DNA from: Tubiluchus corallicola
Lineage: Eukaryota; Animalia; Priapulida
Direction of reading: 5' to 3'
Assembly: GCA_030141605.1 (NCBI GenBank)
Contig: JAQGDQ010000608.1
Coordinates: 65,556-129,555 of the forward strand
Length of the DNA stretch: 64,000 nt
Within the stretch, counting starts at the first letter, position 1. Each line of letters opens with the position of its first letter. Below are positions 1-19,486 of the stretch, one piece after another. The notes beneath the pieces are model-generated. The model saw only the letters and a program-made list of their open reading frames with translations. It was not told where the DNA came from and made no database searches. A program made the position numbers and the translations under genes.

Positions 1-62
<62 letters not shown>

Positions 63-389
63 TACTATTAATAATACAGAAGAGGAAAAATTCTGTCTGT
101 ACGATACACATTTCCTATAGAAACTGATGGACTTTTTTCCTGTTAAGAACTAACTAAATGCCCTTAAATTCTCCAAATAATTAATTCTTTTTAAAACCTG
201 TCCAACTAATGCATAGCATATAGTACTAGTTCTCATTCAGCTTGCTCAGCCTTTAAGAAGACAACACGTTCATAGATATACAGTACATTCAGCTAGCATT
301 TCACTGGAAACAGGAAATGAAACAGAGTACCAGGAAGTGCAACTGATATCTCTTATAATACATCTTACATGATACATTATTCATCTTAA

Positions 390-842
390 CCCTTTCATAC
401 CCATTGTATCCCGTGGGATACGAGAATATTTTCTGCCTCTAACAAAATTTTAAAACTGACAGTTATTTAATCTGTTAATAGTTATTTTGATTTAAGCCAA
501 TAACAATAGACTAAAAATGGTGATAAAATGGCAAACTAGAAAATCTACATATCATAAAAAACTGTGCAAGGTACAGTACTTTAGAGACGACTTTGTACAG
601 ATCAACATAGCATGCATACTAAATGTCTTAAATACTTTAAAAAATTATCAGCAGTTGCAAAATGAAGCACATTTTATGCTTCCATTGAATCCCAATGTAT
701 CCCGTGGGATACAGGCTATATTTAGCACGCGGGCACAGGTAGAAAAAAAACAATTATTATGTGTAAACAAGATAGACATACTGAACAAAAGTACCAAGCC
801 AAAAAAAATTTCTTATTAAAAAATAGTTTGGGACTGAAAGGG
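390..842. mobile_element. piggyBac-like MITE
   Basis: TTAA on both sides, termini CCCTTTCA...TGAAAGGG, internal repeated TGTATCCCGTGGGATAC motif, no coding capacity. Confidence 0.8.
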
Positions 843-1059
843 TTAATACCTTAATACAATATGTTGCCCTTATATCACACTAAACAAATTTTAGCATACC
901 CTCTATACTATCAAACAGAAATTCATGAATTTTCTACGTAGAGAAGTGATGAGTAAGCTTTAAAATCCTCCTTCCCACTGAGAGATTCAGCACACGTGAA
1001 TTCATGCAATGTTTACAAAACTTTCTAATGTTTGAACTTTAAATGACTGAAGTGAAAAG

Positions 1060-1560
1060 ACGAGGACAAACAGGATGATTTTTCACATCCTTCCCCATTT
1101 TGAAACATGGTAAAAAGCATAAATTTTAATGCTCATAAGAATGCCTAAGTGCTTCTGATAATTGAACAACAGGTTACAAGCTGAATTAATGACCAATGCA
1201 TGCAGAATAACCGATGACTCACAAATGAACTTAATTTTCAACAGCACAAACACTCCATGCACGTTTTGTACGTTTGCGAAATTATACAGTACTAGCGTAA
1301 AAAATTCAGCGACACATAAAAACTTGGCAAATTTTTACTTTAAAATTAAATTCTGAGTTTATTGCTGTACTAACGAATGTTTTTCACCAAAAATACGAGC
1401 TATTTCAGAACTGAACTGAAAGTTGCAGCGCCCATTTTTTGTGCAACACATTTCCTAGATGCAGGCACTAATGCCGTTCTAACTAGTAAATGGCGAAATG
1501 CATACAACAACGAAAAACTAACGACGCGAATGTGAAATTAAACTTCCGTGGAAATAATTC
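1060..1560. mobile_element. Dispersed non-autonomous DNA-transposon family (Kolobok-like); other copies at ~32430-32767, 35880-36260, 41500-42543, 47600-48125, 55535-55980
   Basis: Shared motifs in reverse orientation (CATTTCGCCATTCGCTAGTTAGA, AAATGGGGTAGGATGTGAAAAATCATCCTG). Several copies end in ...GTTTTCCTTTAA, a TTAA-flanked AGG/CCT terminus typical of Kolobok. The family name is inference. Confidence 0.6.
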
Positions 1561-1719
1561 TGCACATAAGTCATTCTTGAAAAGACGAGTTTCCCTTATA
1601 ATATTTTATAACTTAGGTCGTTTTAAGCTATGGTTTAATACTGGGTCTGGTTTTCCTTTAATGCCTAGCTACCATTATGCTAGACTTTTGACAAGCACTG
1701 CCGGCTTAATAAGCCTGGT

Positions 1720-2065
1720 GCAGTTGCTGTAGGTCAAAGGTTAAGTATACCACAGCAACGCATCTTAACTACAACCGTCATGTGACCTGTGGGTAAAACA
1801 AAGCCGTCTCCTGCATCAGTTCAGTAACATCAGTTATTTGACATGCAATTTACTTGATTATGCACATTAGTCTGTGCATAGAGTGATCTGCTAGCAGGAT
1901 CTTGCTTGGGAAGAAGAAGAAATGAACTAGGTGAGGTTCTAGCTAGCTGTTAACGGTTACTATTACGACAGCTTGGGCTGCGAGGCATTGTCAAATGTAC
2001 ACGAAAGCATTGCCTGGTACACTTAACCTTTAACCTTTTCAGGATCATCATCAATCGCTGGAAAT
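1720..2065. repeat. Dispersed ~340-bp repeat; copies at ~31900-32220 (same strand) and ~43150-43490 (reverse)
   Basis: Shared TGCAGTTGCTGTAGGTCAAAGGTTAAGTATACCACAGCAACGCATCTTAACTACAAC...CTAGCTAGCTGTT...GGATCATCATCAATC. Confidence 0.75.
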
Positions 2066-2284
2066 GTGAAAGGCTTACTGGTTTTACATCTAAGATGCAT
2101 CATAGCTAAAACGTACGACACCATGCTGTATTCACTAAATACCTGCACGCTATTCTTGATGGTGAACAGAAAAACAGAAAATAGCTACAGATAAATGTTG
2201 TCAACTGCAGTAAAACATTATCTGCAGCTACTCCACAACTACTGTCACCAAGTTAACGAGACAATTAATATTTAATTAACCTAC

Positions 2285-9418
<7,134 letters not shown>

Positions 9419-9589
9419 GTCGACAAAATCTGGAACAGAATTTAAATCAAATTATTAGCAGTTGATTTATTTGTAAAAACAGACATCAGTCGATCAGAAA
9501 AGTGAGTTTTAAGTTTTAATTTCAAAAACACGGGTGGGTCAAATAAAGTAATGACTCCAAAAAATTCTTCCAATGCCATGCGATTAAAT

Positions 9590-10070
9590 CAGGGGTGTGC
9601 AAATTGCGGCCCGCCGAGAGAATTTGTGCGGCCCGCGAAAAGATTTGTCAACCTAATGAAAGTGCGGCCCGGGCGATTAATTGAGTGTATCCAGCTGAAG
9701 TCCGTGCCACGATCCCAAAGATAGTGCGGGTAGTTTTTTCTACTAGATCGGATGCCATTAACCCTTACAAGACGGCTGTAGATTAATGTCACTGTACTAC
9801 ACAGACTGTGTGATACACATTACTAATATGCATTGTAATGAAATTACCACTATCTGTCCTGAAAGTAGAAATATATGGTTTGTAATATAAGTTTTAATAA
9901 CTTCTAAAATAGTTTCTTGAGTGTAGTAGTAATGATGTACGCAGGTCGGATGCAAAAAATCGTTATTAGGTCTTTCTGTACTTGGCTTCTTGATCAAACT
10001 GCCTGTGGCCCGCAGGAATTGTGGGAAAGTTTAATGTGGCCCGGCTAGTCAGATAATTTTCAAACCCCTG
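9590..10070. mobile_element. hAT-type MITE family A, copy 1
   Basis: Terminal inverted repeats CAGGGGTGTGCAAATT...; GCGGCCC subterminal motifs; 8-bp TSD GATTAAAT/GATTAAAA. Confidence 0.88.
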
Positions 10071-10522
10071 GATTAAAACAATAAAAAAGAGATTAGACTT
10101 CTATCTAACAAATGAACTAAAGAGTTAAAAAAACTGTCGAAAAAGTGCCAATCTTGACAAAATTAGCTACAGCACTGATTGTCAAAAATAAACACAGTAA
10201 ACAAAGCTCACCTGCTTGTTTAACAATTTCCTTATTTAGCCACATTTCATTTTAATGATGTTGGGCTCTTAAAACGTTTTTCTCACACTAAGCAAAGTAA
10301 CTTTAATGTTTCTTCTAATTCACTTTTTAATACAGCTTCTTTAAGAATTTTGCATCTTTTATTTCCACGACACCGAGTACCTTCACTTTGTATCTGTAGT
10401 TTTTATTATTAACGTATCTCTTCGGACAGCTGAGGACGTCTGTGAGAGACGAATGCTTTTAAAGAAAAAATGAAGAACTTTTGAGACCTAAAATGCATTT
10501 TGATTTCTTTTGCCATCTATGA

Positions 10523-10933
10523 CAGGGGTGTGCAAATTATCTGACTAACCGGGCCACATTAAGCTTTCCCACAATTCCTGCGGGCCACAGGCAGTTTGGT
10601 CAACGAGCCAAATACAGTAGGACCTAATAACGATTTTTTGCATCCGATTTGCGCACATCATTACTACTGCACTACTATACTGAAGAAACTATTTTAGAAG
10701 TTATTAAAATTTATATTAAAAACCATATATTTCGTCACGTCCGACAGTGACATTAAGTGACAACAGTCTTGTAAGGGTTAATGCCATCCGATCTAGAGGA
10801 AAAAACTACCCGCACTATCTTTGCGATATTGGCGCAGACTTCAGCTGGATCGCGTGGGCCGCACTTTCATTACGTTGACAAACCTCTTCGCACAAGATCT
10901 CTCTTGCGGCGGACCGCAATTTGCACACCCCTG
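10523..10933. mobile_element. hAT-type MITE family A, copy 2 (inverted relative to copy 1)
   Basis: CAGGGGTGTGCAAATT...AATTTGCACACCCCTG; perfect 8-bp TSD ATCTATGA. Confidence 0.9.
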
Positions 10934-11389
10934 ATCTATGACCATGGCTAATCTCAGAAGAGCGCTACCTTATTTGAGTTAAAGCAATACTTACTAACTG
11001 ACTACTATCTGATCAAGCACGAACTCAGAATACAAATGGAGATTACAATCAGAAACACGCATACTATCAAGAAAGCAGAACAAACATCAGAACATAAAAT
11101 CTTGTATCTAATGAAAAGACGTCAGACAAAAATCAATTTAGAGCGCTTAGTCGTAAACTTCGTAACTTTTATGTGAAACCTAAAACGAACACATAAAACA
11201 AGAACAAAGCAAACAACTTCATATCTTTACATAAACAAAATCACTCCCGGAAGATCAATTCAAAGCAAACACAAACAAATATATATAAACGGGTAATAAA
11301 GATAACTCAGCACTCGAGCCAAAAATGAAGAATAAGCATCGTTAACCAGGAACTTACTGTATTATTGAAATTTGTAATGATCTATTTTC

Positions 11390-12008
11390 TAGGCCTGTAA
11401 TATCGACACACAGTGATATATTTTATTATGTTACACGTATTGTTCAAAGTGAACATATATCGGTATAATCTGAGTCAAAGATATTTAGCACATGCTTAAT
11501 TGACTACTAACAAAAATAGTTTGAAATAATTCAAGCTACAGTAGTGTGTGCTGTTGATATACAACAATCAGTGCACTGAGCACAGCAGGCGCAAACTTGA
11601 CCACAGCAGCGGTCATTGCTATTAGAAGATAAAGTGACTTAAAATGCAACATGTTTATAATAATCTGTAGACAAATTACACAGTTTGCATACAAACTTCT
11701 GAAATGGCAAACATGAACCACAAAAAAAATGCATAAGCGCCTTACAAATTTGAAGCATTGAAATGTTTTGCTGTTACGGTGGCTTGCAATGCAAACAATA
11801 TACAAGGAGCAAACGAAATTAAATCAGTTTGTCATTTTATTTTAGCATTTGGCAGTCCCAAAATTGTTGACTGATATATATATATATATGATAGCTTCAT
11901 CTAGTTTTTTTTACAAAGCCTGCAATCTCCAACTAAGGTGTATCGTGTTGTGACGTTAATATTGTGATATGTATCGCATCGTGATTTAGGCGTATCATTA
12001 CAGGCCTA
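11390..12008. mobile_element. Putative MITE (hAT-like TAGG termini)
   Basis: Inverted termini TAGGCCTGTAAT...ATTACAGGCCTA with subterminal GATAT/TATCG repeats; no TSD found. Confidence 0.55.
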
Positions 12009-15000
12009 GTCAAGAAAGACCAAGACGGCTGATTTGTACTCCCCCTTTTTCACAGGATTTACATAAGACTACTTACACCTAGTCCACATGTTCTTTCAAA
12101 AGAACGACATTCAAAACACTAAACTCTGTCTACATGATCACTGACAGTTACTACTTTGCACATAACAATCTGTCGAAGAAGTGTTCTCTAACTTTTAATC
12201 ATTTCTGGAATGGCGCCAAAACGGCTTATATGAAAACGAACTTTGTTTTATGCCGTCATACAAAGGGAAAGCGAAATCAAAGAAAAAAGAACTTCGGCAA
12301 AGAAATGAACCAAGAAGTTATTATCAAATTTTTCGGTAATTAAAAGCAAAACTGCATATGAATTTTTAAATTATATTCGGATAACATCAATTGTGTTCAT
12401 TTGCTGGCCAAATTTTTAACTCTAAATAGTGCAAAAAGAGTTCATTGTCAATCCACCATAGTTGCCACAGTACAAGCGCAAGTTCATGTACTTTTCTCTC
12501 TACAAGTCTCTAAAACTTACGTACAATCACTCATACAAATTTCTGCAATTACAGAATATAGTTTATGAGCTCAGTTTCTCTTAATACTAGTCATTTTTAG
12601 TGAAACCGCATCGCTTACACACCTGCTACAAATGGACTCTTCTAGCCAATGCACTAATGCATATTATTATTGGCTGTTCATCCAGACAATGATGACCAAC
12701 ACTGACGAAAATCAAGACAAGGTCGATATCGCCAAATTTAAATAACATTCTTGGTGTCCACACGGTCCTGCAACACTGTGTCCACACAGTCCTGCAACAC
12801 TGCCAAACTCGAGAATGACAGCTTTTTGAATAACCGGGAAAACGGCCTATCACTCTTACTCTCAGGCCTGCTCTTACAGGCATAAGTTGATGCCAGAAAT
12901 TTTTAATTTTCTTACTTGTTTTACTCTAATGATGCGTTGACTAAGGTCTTAGACCTGTGCAACGTTCTCGACCTCTCTATCAGTGATAAAATAAAGATAT
13001 TCTGTGCGCACCTGGCGGAAGGATATACGCCTATTTTGATACCAAAATCTTGCCCAATACTGATCCAATCTGATCTTGAAAGGTTAAGTAATAGCGCAGC
13101 GAAAACATGATCTGACAATGAATTTCACAGATTAACAATCCTCAAAGAGAAATAATGTTGGCAAACAGATGTCCTACGGACCTACGGTGTGGTTTTTTTC
13201 AATTTCTTGCTATGCCCTCTAGTCCTACTCATGCAATCAAACTCTTTAATAGTACTTTTGCCTATTATAACTCACACAATTATGTGCCGTCACTGTTTCT
13301 GCCACACTGTTTTTTTTCGTAACTTTCGTGTTGTGCTGATATGGTTATTGCTGTTTTCTGAGTAAATTAACGATCAACCTAAACTCCTACGAACTAACAC
13401 TACGGCTCTGGCGATGATAAAAGCAAAACTACACTTACAAATAGTAGATCACTTCCACAATTTTATGCCTCCAGAGGATAGTAAATCTCCCAAACAGTTT
13501 AATTTATGCTTGAAACATAGCAAAACGATCCAAAGAAAGCAAAGAAACCTTCCTTCCTCAATCCACACACGATGAGTAAATTTAGGACTTTCGTGAATAC
13601 ATATTCCGAAACAAAACAAAATACGGATGCATGATTTTTGCGCAGTTTGCACGCTCTATACACAAACTCTTGCATGAGATAGTTCGGTTAAGACGTTGTG
13701 TGCACTGTGTAGGTGAGAGCCGATTAATTGCGTCAGTCTAAGAAAACATTTATTTTTGTTAAAATTTTATTTTTCAATGGCAAATAATAGCTGTTAATTA
13801 AGACTTCAATGATGCGAACTAAAGGATAGAAAGTTGTTTATTAGCCGCTGCTGCATACCAAATTTTCTAGATATTGATTTGACAAATGAGGTAGCCAGAA
13901 GCAATGAGGAAATACATTAACACTGAGCCTGACGCAATATTGGGTGACTCATCTGAACCTACTGATGGGAAGTGTTCTGTAGATCCATATAAAATCAATG
14001 CTGACCAAAACGTATGAAAAGCAAGTGACTTTTCATAATTTGTCATGCACTTCTTTTTGTACGAGAGAGATGTACCAAGAGTGCCTATTTACTTATCTCT
14101 TTGCGATATGACCTTTTATCAAAAAATTTGCTTATACTTAGTCACTTGTGCAGCTCAATGGCTCCTTAATACAAAGTCCTCAATACATATAATTACCTTA
14201 AAGTATATCAGCTTGTATGGTACCTGCTATGACCAAGAAAACTGCTGCACCAAAAGATTAGGTTAGGTCCAAAATTCCATGTTTATAATAAATGCCGAAA
14301 AATGTGCTCATTTTTGTAGTTTGACTGCCATATTAGTCGGCCATCTTGGATTTTACAATTTTGTAATCCCTTCACCATAATTTAATCATGCAATTAGGCA
14401 CCAAAAACACTTACCAATAAGTAATAATGAATAATTTAATAAGTTAACAGCCATATCTTTCACGTCCACTTGAAAATTAAGCCTTTCGGGTGATCAAACA
14501 TCGGAAAATTTGAATGTCCATTGACTGGAATATATTATGTCGAACTGGTAATTGCACGTTGTAATTAACTAATTAATAGTGGTTAGTTGTAAATTATCGT
14601 GTTCTGTATTGTCAACGTAGTTTTCATTTTTGCAGGTGATTTTTTTAATTTTGTTTGCTCAATTTTCGTAAGTTGTAACAAGTCAACAATTACTATTTTT
14701 ACTATTTTCCCATTTTGTAACTGGTTTATTTAATTTTGTTCATTTATTGGTTATTTAGTGGTGTTCTTAATGCAATATACTTTATTATACACTAACAGCG
14801 GGAAGCTACATTCAGAAAAGCAGATGGTCTGTACATAAATCTTATCTGTGGGCAAGTTCCAGTGCTCCAGCTAAAAATAATTACACTAAAAAATGTTCAG
14901 CTTATAAAAACGTTTAAAATTCTTTTTATTGGTCAAAGTTTTCAAATGGCCTTATTTGTACAAAACCATAATTATCGTATATAGCAGCTACTGCTGGTTA

Positions 15001-15773
15001 ATAACGTGTGTTGTAATTACTCCAGTAGTATCATGTTATTCAGTGTTGTCTGTAGGATATCCAGCCACATTTTCAACCATACAGTTTTTTGCGATTTTTA
15101 GACCACATTTTTTCAGATATTTATTGAAAAACAAGAGCACTAAACTAACCATTTTCTACAAATACAACCAATATCACGTCGTAACATTGATATTTACTAC
15201 ACTACAAAAAGAAGTTATATTGGCGAATACAAACTCCCAACAATCCAACAATAACAAACTAGATGATCCAATAATAACAATAATAATAACAGTAAATTGA
15301 TACTTAGCAACAAATGATTATTACAAGTGAGACCAATACCAACCACTTTAACAATAAATTAAGATACGATAATATTCTAAGAAAGAAATGACTTTGGCAA
15401 ATACAGCATCTTAAACCAGCCACTTATTAGATTTAAACATATAATAACAATATAATGATAGTTACCCTTACATTAATAATAAATGATTACAAATGAAACC
15501 AACAGCAACCGTTTCTAACAATAAATTAAAATATGACAATATTCCAAGAATTCTAATAAAAAGTCTGCAAGATTACAACCTGGCGTGCCTAAATATAATC
15601 CAGCAAAATTGAAGTGCTGCTAAACCCACTGATGCCAATAACTTGTTTGCAAAAATTCTGGCTCTTGACTGCAAACCTTTCAATTCTAAACTGTACAGCT
15701 TAGCATGACAAAGGATTATCTGTATCCTTTGTTCTTTCTTTGTGACAGCTTAGTGAAAACAGATCTTCGTAGT

Positions 15774-17390
15774 CTATCCCCTTCTTGCGAAATAAGTTTT
15801 TTTATCTGTCATGTTATCTGTTATCTTTCGACTGTCTCTGACCCGGTCTATTTCGCGATAAGTGAACTCGCTATTTGGCAGGACACAATTTGCCAAAGAT
15901 GCTAATAATTCCAGTGCGTCAAAGAAAGACTCCCTCGTAGGGCAGAATGCTGGATCTTCACCAACATATGGGCAACTCGTCGGACTGCCAAAACTCACAT
16001 CACCAATTGTTTGAATTGTATGTTTGTCCCAAGCTACAATATCGCCATTGTTGTCGTAGCATGTGCTGGCCAAATCTTCTAAACAATAAGAAAGTATTAT
16101 TGGTATAGGCAGGGCCTGTTTCAGCCTAAGCAAGGCCCGGGGAAGTGCGGTGAGTGAAGCCTCCTCGGGGGGGGGTCTTCTTTTGAAGACTGCTAGAAGC
16201 CCAAAAAAAATTTTGAACTGCTAGAACGCCGGAGAAGCATTTTCGAAGAGAAAATATGGAGTTATACAATATGTTCGCATAAAGCCAAAAAAATAATGTT
16301 ACCTCGGCACGAGGCCCCCTGGAGGGTAAGACCCCGGGGAAGTATCCCCATCCCCCCTCTTGAAATAGGCCCTGTGTGTGTCAGCGACTGAAAAATTTTC
16401 AATTTGTTCATAGCGCTTTTTTCCATTTTAGATGTTAGAGAAATTGTATAACATAGACATATCTATGTTAGTTTATTCTGCAAAAATACAAATTTTCTGT
16501 AGTCTACAATTACTACATCTGCAAATCTACTGAAATAAGTGCAAAAAAATAAGTGCTACAGATTACTACGTTACGCTAAAATGCATACATACATTGTTGG
16601 TTCAATATTGAGTCGAGAAAAAGCCAGAATGTCAGTAAAAGGTAGCAGTATAATTATAAGTCAAATTTTAAATGTAACAGAGACGTGTGTACATAACAAG
16701 TTCCACCTATATAATGTCAGAGTAGAAAAAGTAGTCTAGCTTGTTGAGCTACAGTGTAATATATTGTGGCTTCTAATGCATATACTACCTTGAGAAGGGG
16801 TAGTCTAGCTTGTTGAACTACAGTCTAATATATTGTGGCTTCTGATGCATATACTACCTTGGGAAGGGGTAGTCCAGCTTGTTGAACTACAGTCTAATAT
16901 ATTGTGGCTTCTAATGCATATACTACCTTGTGAAGAGGTAATGGACCAAAACATTTGCACCTGCAACAATGAACAATTACATGAAGCAGATTCCAAAATA
17001 ATGATGAAATACATTTCATACCGTGTATTACAGTAACTGGACCAACAAAAGAGCAGAGACGACCGCTTTTATACAGGCCAGATGCATAACTTGGCTTCAA
17101 CAGAAACTTACATTTTGCCTGAAAGGTGTTCAGTACACTATTTTCTGTATGACCATATATATATATGTGACAACATATGCATATTTTACTAGTAATTATA
17201 AATACGTTTTTTGTCCCTATAATGTACGTTCTTTTATATGGTACTTTTTGTGCAGAAATAAAGATATAAATAAAAAACAATAAATAAAGTTTTACGACAT
17301 CATGAATTTTATTTGTAGCACTGAATAGACGACAAATTTTATTAATCAGTTAGATCTTAGCTTACTTGTACTTGATCTTCCAGATCTGAA

Positions 17391-17485
<95 letters not shown>

Positions 17486-18338
17486 GTCTTTATTATTCTC
17501 TGTTTGCAGGGAAAAATTTCTGTACAGATTTAAACAGTTTCACATACACACTAGATAGAGTGAATTATACAACATTACATGTTAAGCATTCTGTAATTAG
17601 CTTTTTTCATGATGCGTATAACATTATTTAGACTTCAGAGAATCCAATTATATGCATATTATATTAACATTAAACTAATAATCCACTGGAAATGAAGCAA
17701 CACTTATTTTGAATTGGCGTTGGCGTGGTATTCTGGGCAATTCTGACCATTTTACAGTTGTAACACTTTTCAGTGTGAAGTGGGACTTAATAAAGGATTT
17801 TCAATGGAGAATTGGCAAAGGACACCTTGCAGTTAGATAGGTAAATTCAACAATTTCGACTGTCAAGCAAAAACAGCCTTTCATCTGAAAGTTTGTAATT
17901 AGATAAACTAAAGTTTTTTCGAAGGTCTGAAACATGTCAATGTATATGCGTATATGCATTATTTATGATATTAAACACGGAGTAATAAAGTAAGTGCTAA
18001 AATCAATGTTGTTAATGAAGCAAGTTTCCTATCTAGTAACATAAAAATGCAATTAAATTAAATAAACGAAAAATCACTTTTTTACAAAGTGTCGAAGTAT
18101 CAATGTTACCCCGCTTTACCTTACCACTTAATAAAATCCATTTACGGCATCATTATTTTTTTTTCATCAATAAACATACTTATGACATTTATCAGACTAA
18201 TTTCAAATACTATAACAAACTAGAAAAATTACCAAAATTGTATTTCTTATGACTATCTTCAATTCTTTATCTGTATTTCGCTATCTACCTGTTGTAAGTT
18301 GACAGATCGCGAGTAAAAAGAATTTTAGAAGTCTTCAT
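15774..18338 (-). CDS. Candidate three-exon orphan/chimeric gene, 124 aa
   Basis: Exons 18338-18289 (ATG...AACAG|GTAGAT), 17385-17366 (TTCAG|...|GTAAGC) and 16078-15774 (TTGTTTAG|...TAG) join in frame: MKTSKILFTRDLSTYNRSGRSSTKDLASTCYDNNGDIVAWDKH...FARRG. No homologue recognised. Confidence 0.35.
16731..16935. repeat. 69-bp tandem repeat x3
   Basis: GTAGTCTAGCTTGTTGAACTACAGTCTAATATATTGTGGCTTCTAATGCATATACTACCTTG... repeated. Confidence 0.9.
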
Positions 18339-18480
18339 GCATCCAGGGACATTATTTTGTTCACCTCTGTTCTACTGGTTGTTGAATAGCTACTTTTTCA
18401 CTGGACTACAATCAGGTAGTCTGTACACAAATGGCGCGTTTTATTTTCCTTGCTCATTTTAGAAGAATAATTTTATACTC

Positions 18481-18610
18481 GTTACCATGGGAATTAGTCT
18501 GCATCATCATCTCCTAAAAGTGCGTCATGACACATTACGTCATTGATATGAAGATAACAATCGTTGCCATGGCAACGACTGTTCTTCTTTCTTGCAGTGA
18601 CGTGATAGAT
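18481..18610. promoter_or_regulatory. Promoter-like cluster with a perfect RFX X-box and CRE-like sites
   Basis: TCGTTGCCATGGCAACGA palindrome at 18561-18578 fits GTNRCC-N(0-3)-RGYAAC. A weaker GTTACCATGGGAAT lies at 18481; TTACGTCA and TGACGTGA are nearby. Confidence 0.6.
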
Positions 18611-19312
18611 GTCAGCCTTTGTTCGGCCTCATTTCTTTCTTAGCTGACGATGCGGAAAGAGCGATATACAGTGTATTATTATTATTATTATTTGCGAGTC
18701 ATTTTGTGCGTTTTATTGGGCTACCATGGGGTGTTTTAGTTTCTTGTGTAACCGCGAGCGCCGTGAGGACCGTGAGGACCAACCGGTGCCTAGACGCTGG
18801 AGGATCCGGACTATATGGTCTAGGACCCGGGGGCGCGTTGCTCCTATACTCTCAGTCCAATCCTCGTCTGGGACATCCACGCGTTGTAGTGGTGAGGGAG
18901 AGTCTTCCGGGACAACCGTGGGGGCGGTTCGTCTTGGAAGCTCGAGTAGCATGGGTCTCCCTCTGGTTGAGTGCTGAATGTCATTCTTAAGTACTAACCT
19001 TACCGTACCATGCTCTCACATCTGGGCTCTGGTCAGGACAGCCACTATTGGACTGTCAGAGCCCAGTTGGTAGGCGGGGTTGAGCGGAAATCTGGGCTCT
19101 GGTCAGGACAGCCACTAAGCGCAGAGGGGCGGGCGCTACTGTGGTTGGCGGCCAGAAAGTTTTTGAACTGCTAGAACGCCGGAGAAGCATTTTCGAAGAG
19201 AAAATATGGAGTTATACAGTTGTTAAAGGAAAGAACAATTGAAAGAAAAACTGCTTTATTCTCAAGACCAGTCCTCAATACTTGTCAATGCTGGCAAACT
19301 GCGCGCCTGCGG

Positions 19313-19377
<65 letters not shown>

Positions 19378-19486
19378 AGGCAGTATGTTCGCATAAAGCA
19401 AAAAAATTGTTACCTTGGTGCGAGGCCCCCCTGGAGGGTGAGGCCCCGGGGAAGTATCCGCACTTCCCCCCCTGAAATAGGTCCTG

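Larger units (their letters stand above)
16110..19486. mobile_element. Composite hAT-type insertion: MITE B (16110-16374) + 2.8-kb cargo + right part of a second MITE B (~19151-19486)
   Basis: Left end CAGGGCCTGTTTCA at 16110; right ends TGAAATAGGCCCTG (to 16374) and TGAAATAGGTCCTG (to 19486). The identical 8-mer GGTATAGG sits at 16102-16109 and 19487-19494 but not after 16374. Shared internal block TTTTGAACTGCTAGAACGCCGGAGAAGCATTTTCGAAGAG. Confidence 0.8.

Noticed and set aside
12626-13130. Short coding-like ORFs upstream of ELMO
   Set aside because: No recognisable motif or consistent splice pattern; possibly old repeat debris, so it cannot be supported.
13430-13740. Possible non-coding first exon of ELMO (minus-strand GTAAGT near 13437)
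   Set aside because: A donor hexamer alone is too weak without transcript data.
17392-17631. Poly-Met, poly-Tyr, poly-Ile, (RE)n and (HT)n ORFs here and elsewhere
   Set aside because: Microsatellite translations.
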